A DNA stretch of 64,000 nucleotides from Eledone cirrhosa. Taxonomy: Eukaryota. Of the stretch, positions 52,782 to 61,344 are shown in pieces. The number at the start of each line of letters is the position of its first letter. Positions within the stretch are counted from its first letter, which is position 1. Both the position numbers and the translations under genes were made by a program. The stretch lies in the NCBI GenBank assembly GCA_964016885.1, contig OZ024741.1:413850001-413914000 (forward strand). The letters are read 5' to 3'. Below the pieces are notes generated by a model. It was not told the DNA's origin. It searched no databases and saw only the letters and a list, made by a program, of their open reading frames with translations.

Positions 52782-54125
52782 CTCCATTCCCATTATGCCA
52801 AACCCATGACTTCCAAACATCTGATCCACCGAAACTCAGCTGTTTCGGACCATACCAAAATCAACATACTGATTGCGGATTTGGTACGGGTGATGAGAAA
52901 CGTGTCCCGCATGTGCAACCCCGAAGAACTAGAGAGACACATACAACACTTCATCCACCGTATGCAGTTCTCTGGTTACAATCAGAGAGATAAAATCAGA
53001 GTGTATAGAGGAGCCAGAACCAAATGGGAAAAAATGGTAAATAATGACACAAATGGGACCTGCCCCTTGTATAGGAGCAAATTTTGGAATAGAATAGAAA
53101 GAACTAGGAATAAGGCTAAATGAATAAACTCATGGTATGATAGCAATAAATACCAGAGTGTAATGTTCATCGATACAACCCCTAGAGGTGAATTAGCTTA
53201 CAAATTTAGAAGGGCCCTAGATAAACATAAACTCAATATTAAGATAGTAGAAAGACCAGGTACCTCCGTAAAAACACTTATTAGCAAGACATACCCTTTT
53301 CAAAGACCCCCCTGTATAGATAAGAAATGTATAACCTGTAAAATAAGCCCCCATATTAACTGTAAAACTAGAAATGTAGTGTATAGCATAAGATGTACTG
53401 AAGGACAATGTAGAGACAAAAATATAGTGTACATAGGTGAGACAGCTCGTAGTGTAGGAGAACGGATAAATGAACACTGGCGAGACCTTCAAGATAGTAA
53501 AGAATCATCTGTACTCTACCAACATGCTAAAATAGAACATAAGGGTAAATTAGAGAACATAGAAATAAAAATAGAATCTACACACAGAAAAGACGCAATG
53601 TTTAGACAAATTACAGAGGCAATAAACATAAAAGAATTACAACCAAAATTAAATAGAAAATATGAGTGGAACAGCAACATCACAACTTACAATTAAGGAC
53701 AAAATGAAAACACACACGCACATAGAACAAACAACCAACCGGTAACATGTAAATAAACGAATATAAACACACACAGACACCCGGATGTGGCGCATGCGCA
53801 GACAACACACACACAGAAACAAAATGGCGTAGGACAGAACAAAGGAGAGGCACAAAAACAAAGAAAAGAATCCCCAGTCACTGAAGAGGTCACAGAATGT
53901 GTGACGAAAGAACTTTGACAATATATAAACAACTATCTGGTTGTGGAACCAACGAACCAACCAGAAACTTTTAGATTTATAAATTCCTAAATTTATAAAT
54001 TTATTATAATAAATTGAAGTGAAAGCAACTAGTGCGTGTGTTTCTTATTGGCAATATGACCCTCCCAAAGTATAACAATATCGGTTTCAACACACGATTT
54101 CAGATAAAGAATCTTGCTAAACAAA
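52764..54125 (+). mobile_element. Penelope-like retroelement, 5'-truncated: RT C-terminus, Cys-rich linker and GIY-YIG endonuclease, with one in-frame stop
   Basis: ORFs 52806-53123 and 53163-53696 are in the same frame, separated by TGA. Motifs: Y.KP..IH.NSA, RM.FSGY, C....C..C.....CKTRNVVY.I.C...C....YIGET.R....R..EH, and EA..I....P.LN. Confidence 0.9.
53877..53919 (+). ncRNA. Minimal type I hammerhead motif in the Penelope-like 3' region, imperfect
   Basis: GUCA-CUGAAGA-G-GUCACA(GAAUG)UGUGAC-GAAA-GAAC-UU-UGAC; one base is unpaired at the base of stem II. Confidence 0.65.
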
Positions 54126-54320
54126 TTCAGAAACGATATATATATATATTACTCTAATATCTGACTCTGTATCTAAGGAATTAACTCAGCTGAACACAGA
54201 ACTTTTCTATGGATTTCACTGGATTACTCGCCATCAGATTACATTGAGTTCTATCTATGGTACAGACCCTACCACCAAGGGTAGACCACATTGAAAAAAT
54301 ATATATATATTACATACATA

Positions 54321-54438
54321 TGACTAAAGAAATTTTAGCCTGATAGCAGGGTTTAGAACCCTCTAAAAAATAGAAAAAGATGAGTAATGACATGTTCATC
54401 ATTACTCATCTTTTTCCAGGCTAAAATTTCTTTAGTCA
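54321..54438. repeat. Nested inverted repeat (22-bp outer and 18-bp inner perfect arms)
   Basis: TGACTAAAGAAATTTTAGCCTG pairs with CAGGCTAAAATTTCTTTAGTCA; GAAAAAGATGAGTAATGA pairs with TCATTACTCATCTTTTTC. Confidence 0.9.
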
Positions 54439-54853
54439 AAAAGTACAGCGAAAGCTTCAATAGGTAGAACTGTTGGTTCTGGTTTGTAAAACATGATGCA
54501 ACAAATTAATTAAAGCACTCAACGTTATGTAAGTCTTCCATCGTACATATGATATCCAGTGGTTGGTGTAGGAACGGAGTAAAGTATTCATTAAAACAAC
54601 AACAGGAGGCAAGCCTGGAAAATTTACTTTAGAATTTTAATTCAATGAAATCATTATATATATTTCGATGGCCCGGGTCTATCAGCCAATTATGGTGCAA
54701 GACAAGGCGATTTCATCAGGTGTCATCTACAGAATTATGTAACAGGATTACATTGAACCCGAACATAGAATGGAAGCCAGGAGATAGAGAAGAGAAAATT
54801 CAATTCGAGGACAGCCTGTTAAAATGGTGTTATATCGATAGCTGACAGTCCCC

Positions 54854-54895
<42 letters not shown>

Positions 54896-55029
54896 GCCGG
54901 GTCACATTGAACCAATCCTCTGCGAAACGCACATAACGGGTCGATATGCAATAAGCATTTTTCATATGTAAATGAAACCCCTCGGGGGTGGGGGCATATT
55001 GTCTATATGCTTCAGCTTCAGCTTGTACC

Positions 55030-55476
55030 CGTCGGGGGTCGGGTCTTCTGTATTGCGTGACACCAGAGGTCACGGTTGTGTGTCATCGCCCTTGAGAGGT
55101 GCAATTATCACCTCATCCCAGGTCTTCTTGAGTCTCCCCCCTCCGCGGCTTCCATCGACTTCCAGTGCTGTGCACCTTTTTATGCAGCTGTCATCCTTCA
55201 TACACCAACGCAACCGCCTCTCTTGCACACACCATTTGATTCCTCTTATGCTCAGTCTCTCTCTCAATTCAATTATGCTTTGCCCTTCGCATATATTACT
55301 ATTACACATCCATCGTAGCATGCAGGCTTCGTTTCTTTCTAATCGATGCAAGTCTTCCACAGACAGCGCCCGGTCTCACTACCATGTAACATTGCTGTTC
55401 GGATACATGCATCATACAGTCTGCCTTTCATTTTGAGGGAAAAGCCTTTTGCAGCTAGCAGTGGTAGTAGCTCCCT
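55030..55476 (-). mobile_element. RTE LINE fragment, decayed
   Basis: ORF 55070-55360, RLERNEACMLRWMC..GRLKKTWDEVI, closest to the 43976 copy. Confidence 0.88.
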
Positions 55477-55584
55477 ATATATATATATACAGTTTCAGGT
55501 TGTTTGGTATCAAAGAGGTCTGTAACAAACATAACAACAACAACAACATTGATTAATTTATCTTTCTGTTTCTTCCTCTTCCAG

Positions 55585-55683
55585 GCTCCTGAATATTTTT
55601 ATCAATGTTTGGAGAAGGAAATGAATATGACTTTCCTGGATACACTTCGCTTTACCGCAGCTCTCGCATCAATAAAGAAATAA
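55585..55683 (+). CDS. TIR-SAM gene terminal coding exon e: APEYFYQCLEKEMNMTFLDTLRFTAALASIKK*
   Basis: Long pyrimidine tract plus CCAG|, phase 0, TAA at 55681-83. The five exons total 699 nt with no internal stop. Confidence 0.88.
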   Translation, partial: APEYFYQCLEKEMNMTFLDTLRFTAALASIKK

Positions 55684-55872
55684 ACTGCTACATGAGGAAC
55701 TTTCGTAACTATTTTCATTATGTTTCTCCAGTGAAGGTCACCATTGAAGAGCCTATGATGTGATCCCCTCACCACCCAACCCAACACCCTCCCACTGAAA
55801 ATAACAGCTCACCACAACTAACTGCCTCCAGGAAGTGTCTTCAGCATTATGGGAAGAGAGAATATTGGCCAA

Positions 55873-55878
55873 AATAAA
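55873..55878 (+). promoter_or_regulatory. Candidate polyadenylation signal AATAAA of the TIR-SAM gene
   Basis: AATAAA about 190 nt after the stop codon; the AT-rich background makes this weak. Confidence 0.3.
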
Positions 55879-56074
55879 GAATATATATAAACCTCAACCT
55901 GACCATTACTGTGCAGTAGATTGGCCAGAAAAATTGAAACTAAATTTCTTAAAAGGTATGATTTTCACTGAAAAAGGTTTTATTTTCAAGTGAATCAATC
56001 AATAATTTATTTGGTGGAATTGAACAGTTGTTGTTTTACATGAGAAATATTTAACATTTGTTGGTCTTGGTTTG

Positions 56075-56590
56075 ATACTGATATGATATGACTGGTATGT
56101 ATGACTGGTATGGTATCATTGGTATGGTAGGACTGGTATGGTATGTCTGGTATGGTATGACTGGTATGGTATGACTGGTATGGTATGATAGGACTGGAAT
56201 GGTAGGACTGGTATGGTAGGATTGGTATGATATGACTGGTATGGTAGGACTGGTATGGTATGACTGGTATAGTAGGACTGGTATGACTGGTATGGTATGA
56301 TAGGACTGGTATGATATGATGGGTATGATATAATTGGTATGATATGACTGGTATGGTATGACTGGTACGATATAATTGGTATGATAGGACTGGTATGGTA
56401 TGACTGGTATGATATGGTTGGTATAGTATGACATACATACACAACATCCATACATACATACACACACAACATGTATACATACATGCACACTCACATACAT
56501 ACACACTTACGTTACATACACACACATACTTACATACACATAGACACACAGACACACTTACATTACATACAGATAGACACACACATTACT
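56075..56590. repeat. Compound pentamer repeat (GGTAT/GACTG) followed by a (CA/TA) microsatellite
   Basis: Directly visible; explains the three overlapping low-complexity minus-strand ORFs. Confidence 0.92.
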
Positions 56591-56686
56591 TATGTTGGTT
56601 GTATCAAAACAATTTTATGATACAGGATTGAACAGATTTTCAAATGACAGAAAATTATAAGTTACATTTCATAGGAAGTTACTTGC

Positions 56687-56765
56687 ATATATATATATAT
56701 ATGTATATGTATATATATATGTATGTATATGTATATATATATGTATGTATATATATATATATATG

Positions 56766-56832
<67 letters not shown>

Positions 56833-56841
56833 GTGTGTGTG
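56687..56841. repeat. (TA)n microsatellite
   Basis: Directly visible. Confidence 0.95.
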
Positions 56842-57141
56842 TATCCCGGGTTCAATCAGGGGTAACCACAGTAAGTAAGGTACTCAATACATAGCAGAGT
56901 ATAAATAGTTATATAGAAATGGCTTCTACGGGCCTAGAACTGTTTCATTCGAAGGAAATCATCAGAAATGACCTTTGATATATATATATAAATATCAAAG
57001 TTATATGTATGTATATATACATATGTACATATATATACACATATATATATATTTCATCTTTTTTCCCTATATATATAGGGAAAAAAGATGAAATCGAAAA
57101 TGCAACTGGAGTCTTTTTTTAAAAATATATGTATTTAGTTC

Positions 57142-57177
57142 CTTTACCGGTTTCGCAGTTCTTTTGCTTTTCAAAAG
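57142..57177 (-). ncRNA. Minimal hammerhead variant (U3:A8 core), left arm
   Basis: Minus strand CUU-UUGAAAA-GCA(AAAGAAC)UGC-GAAA-CCGG-UA-AAG. Confidence 0.6.
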
Positions 57178-58357
57178 TTGAATTGAGATGGAGGGTTTGT
57201 AGTTTATCTCACATCTAGTTGGTGTTCGAATGTTACTTGTTTTATATGGAAAAAAGTGGCTCGAAATGTTAGGTTTTTCGTGCCAGTTCGCGTTACAAAG
57301 TTCTTATTATATTTGCCTTCAATAAGGGGGGGGGGGGGGGGGGGGGGGTCATATTGTTTTTTTCATATATGAATGAAGTTTGGTTGGTTGATGCAGTCAC
57401 GTGAATAAGCACATCAGCTTTCGCACCAGTTTGTGTTTGAATATCTTTTTACATCCAAACAGACACATACATACACACACACATAACACCTTCTATTTTC
57501 GAAAATAAAAACCAGAGCTAAATAAACCTTAACATACAATTAAAACTCTAACACGTTAATATGCTAACCACACCCCCACACATACATAACTCCCTCCCCC
57601 ATTTCTACTAACGGAATCATTTTCCTACACACACACACAAAAAATATATATATTCTCTCCATCTTAACATGCTAACAATACTCCCACACACACATATAAA
57701 ACCCATACACACACACACAACTCCCTCCCCCATTTTTAATAAATAGAATCATCTTCCTACACACACACACCAGCACACAAATAAACATACATATCTCTAC
57801 TTTCTTTATTTCAATAGAAAGTCTGAATTGTGACACCCCACCACACCAGCCATACTCACTGAACCAGAACAATTCTCCCCATCCCATTTTTCTTGACCAT
57901 TATCTTTCGTTTGGCACAAAATTCTCGAAATGGCTACAAAAAAATTCCAAAATACTGGCGTGAAATTTAATGTACTTGCTCACGTGACAGTCATAATTTC
58001 ATTTATAACCAATCAAATTACATTTATAAAAAAAAAAGCCTTCGTGGGCCACTTTTTTTTTAAGTAAAAAGAAATTCAAACACAAATTGGCGCGAAAGCT
58101 GATGTGCTTATTCACGTGATTGCATCAACCAACCAAACTTCACTCATATATGAAAAAACAATCTGAGTCCCCCTCCCCCTCTTTAAGAACTTTGTAACAC
58201 AAACTGGCGCAAAATTTATTATACTTATTCACATGGCAGTCATCAACCAACCAAATTACTTCTATAAAAACCTGGCATTTTTTCCATATAAAACAGAAAT
58301 AACATTCAAACACCAACCAGATGTGAGAAAAACTACAAACCCTCCATCTCAATTCTA

Positions 58358-58393
58358 CTTTTGAAAAGCACAAGAACTGCGAAACCGGTAAAG
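58358..58393 (+). ncRNA. Minimal hammerhead variant (U3:A8 core), right arm
   Basis: CUU-UUGAAAA-GCA(CAAGAAC)UGC-GAAA-CCGG-UA-AAG, followed by AATAAA. Confidence 0.6.
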
Positions 58394-59029
58394 GAACCAA
58401 ATAAATATATTTAAAAAAAAGACACCAGTTGCATTTTCGATTTCATCTTTTTTCCTTATACTTTCACTCGTGTAGGACACTTCGTTTTTTTTTCATTTTG
58501 TAAAAAAACCTCACATTCTAATATATATATATATATATTACTCTTTTACGTGTTCCAGCCATCCGGCTGAGGCCATGCTGGGGCACCACCTTTGTAAATA
58601 TATATATATCAAAATTATATGTTTGTATATATATATGTGTGTGTATAAGGGATAACAAAATATCGTTATAGGTAATCCAATTAGAGGTTGTGAATACTTC
58701 TAATTATGGATAGTTTTAGCGTATGGCATTGTTTGACTCAACAAGAGGTTTACGTAGATGACGAGTTTATGATTTCACTTGTATTTCTGTGTAAGTTTAT
58801 CTTGGAGTAATTAAATTGAAAATGTGGAGAATAACATGGTCAACAGTACAAAAAAGGGGATTTATTTACAGTCTAACAATTGTTTCACTGATAAAGTTGT
58901 CTAAAATTGCTGAACACTAGAAGCAGTGCCACTCAATTTTAAATATGATGTTAGCTCGATCAGATCTTTGGAAACTGTTATAAAAAATATATATAACCGG
59001 CAAATTTACAAATTCAAATTACATCATCA

Positions 59030-59720
59030 ATAATAATATTAATAATAAAGATAAAGAGAGAAAAGAAGGAAGAAAGGGAGATAGATACAGTAAAGAAAGA
59101 AAGGAAAGGAAAAGGAAAAAAGAAGGAAAAAGAAAAAGAAAAAGAAAAAGAGAAAGAAGAAGAAAAAGGAGAAATGATTACAGAGAAAAATATAAAGAGG
59201 AGAAAATATATGGAAAATGATGGTAAACAGAGAAGAAATAACGTAGGATAGAAATAAAAATAGAGGGAAAAATAATGATAATAGCAATAAATGAATTAAC
59301 GTTAATATATGAATAAATGTAAATAAAAATAAAAATAAATATATAAAAAATATATAAAAATAAATAAATAAATAAATTACATCTAATGTAATATAAAATG
59401 GTATAAAATGTGAAAAATGAAACATGTGTGAAGAATGTTTAAACATATTAAAATTATTGAGAGTGGTTTTTGAGAATTGTTAAAATATATGGAGAGGTAA
59501 AAATATGATAATGTTAAATATATTTATGTGTGTATTGGTTATTTTAATAAATAAATGAATTAATTAGTTTTAAGTTATACTATATGATAAAATAAAATGT
59601 CAGAGATGAAATAAATTTAGGGAGAGAAATATAAATATAGAGAGTGAAAGATAGATATATGTAAAATAAGAATGTAAATATAAGAGGTTTTGATCTTGTT
59701 CTTTGATAGATGATGACAAT
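59030..59720. repeat. A-rich low-complexity tract
   Basis: GAAAA and AAAT runs. Confidence 0.8.
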
Positions 59721-59890
59721 TATAATTATTATCATAATCATAATGAAAGTTTTGGCGGTAGCCAAGCTAACAAGATACAATTAGGTTTGTGCAAAGCACT
59801 CAATTAGGGAAATTAACATACGTTAGATAGCGTGACAAATTGAAAACTGCAGCAAGCAAGCCTCATCACAGAATACACCAAGCATCGAAA

Positions 59891-59921
<31 letters not shown>

Positions 59922-60058
59922 GTATACTAGGGAGAGGATCAGGGGTGTATAACACTCCACTTATCCAGCAGGCAGTATAAGGTTAGCTCAATGTCTGAGG
60001 ACAGAGCCGTGATATAATAAATAACAAAGAACGCCTATAGCATATGCATATCTTTACT

Positions 60059-60104
60059 TGCTAACATTGTTTCATCCGCACTATGAGTGGGACTCATCAG
60101 AGCA
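60059..60104 (-). ncRNA. Minimal type I hammerhead ribozyme motif with intact core
   Basis: Minus strand UGCU-CUGAUGA-GUCCCAC(UCAUA)GUGCGGAU-GAAA-CAAUG-UU-AGCA. Confidence 0.72.
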
Positions 60105-60159
60105 TAAAGGTTAATTACATACCATACAAGCAATAACAAATCCAAGACATTGAAGAATG

Positions 60160-60870
60160 AAACATAATAATAGACGGATATTAAGGAAGTAAAAGTAAAA
60201 ATAAAGATAAGAATAAAAATAAAAATAAAAATAAGATAATAAAATAAACAATGAAAAATAAGGGGTGCTATCAGTCACAGTTGGGCGGGGTGCTGTCAAC
60301 ATATAGTTACATACAAGCATACACATGGATAAGAGAGCAGACAAGAGTAGATAAGATAGATAGGATTAGGTAAGAGTAGGTAAAAAATAGGTGAAAAACA
60401 GACTTATAATATATATAAGAAAATATAAAGAAATACATAACAAACTTACATATAAAATATAAAATATACAGATAATAGTGACACAGGGTAAGGAATGAGA
60501 TAAAATAATATAAAATTAAAATTAAAATTATATAAAATAGAACATAATATAATATAATCATAAAATAAGATAAAATAAGGTAAACTAAAATAAAATAAAA
60601 TAGACTAAATTAAAATAATATAATATAAGATATAATTAAATGTAATTAAATTAAATAAATAAATAAATAAATAAATAAAAATTAAATAAATAAATAAAAT
60701 TAAAATTAAAATTAAAATTAAAATTAAATTTAAATAAATAAATAAATAAATAAGTAAATAAATAAATAAATAAATAAATGGAATTAAATAAGTAAATAAA
60801 TAAAATTAGATAACATGAAATGAAATAAAATAAAATAAAATGAAATAAAGTAAATTGAGATAAGATATAT
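60160..60870. repeat. (AAAT/AAAAT)n low-complexity tract
   Basis: Directly visible. Confidence 0.85.
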
Positions 60871-60880
60871 ATTTTTTTAG

Positions 60881-61032
60881 AATATATCTCTTGAATATAT
60901 CAGGGGCCCACGAAGGCACTAAGTGTCACAGTTATGTGTATCACTTGACCATTTTTTTAAAATATATTTCTTGAAAATATCAGGGGCCCACGAAGGCACT
61001 AAGTGTCACAGTCACCAGTATCACTTGACCAT
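60881..61032 (+). repeat. 80-bp tandem duplication, 2 copies
   Basis: TATCAGGGGCCCACGAAGGCACTAAGTGTCACAGT..GTATCACTTGACCATT at 60898 and 60978. Confidence 0.9.
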
Positions 61033-61344
61033 TGCAAGGCAATGGAGGCGTCCCAGGTTGGGCAGTCTCAAAAGTTCACTCGAAAGTCGCGGGTGTGCAT
61101 TCACACAGTTGAGCGGTGGGGTAATCACAAACCGGTTCACACCCGGGCAGGAGTCCAATGGTCAGAGAGAGGTGCATCGAAGGAAAGTAGAAGAATTCAC
61201 TATATTATATATATATATATATATGTGTGTGTCTGTACATACATATATATATGTGTATATATATATATATATACACACTCAGACACATACATATATGTGT
61301 GTGTACATATATATATATGCACATATATATACGTATATATATAT

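Larger units (their letters stand above)
57075..58460. repeat. Long imperfect inverted repeat; arms about 57075-57442 and 58074-58460, spacer about 630 bp
   Basis: GATGAAATCGAAAATGCAACTGG pairs with CCAGTTGCATTTTCGATTTCATC; CACGTGAATAAGCACATCAGCTTTCGC pairs with GCGAAAGCTGATGTGCTTATTCACGTG. Confidence 0.92.

Noticed and set aside
53163-53696. Standalone homing endonuclease or SLX1-like GIY-YIG gene
   Set aside because: In frame with an upstream PLE RT C-terminus and followed by a hammerhead, so it is part of a Penelope-like element.
39760-55683. Naming the gene SARM1, MyD88 or a TLR
   Set aside because: The TIR is followed by a SAM-like domain and has EAEY/PDGWLG motifs unlike those families; the N-terminus is not in the window.
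56935-56970. Minus-strand CUGAUGA..GAAA as an intact hammerhead
   Set aside because: Stem I does not pair and stem II closes with a U-U mismatch; counted only as a remnant.
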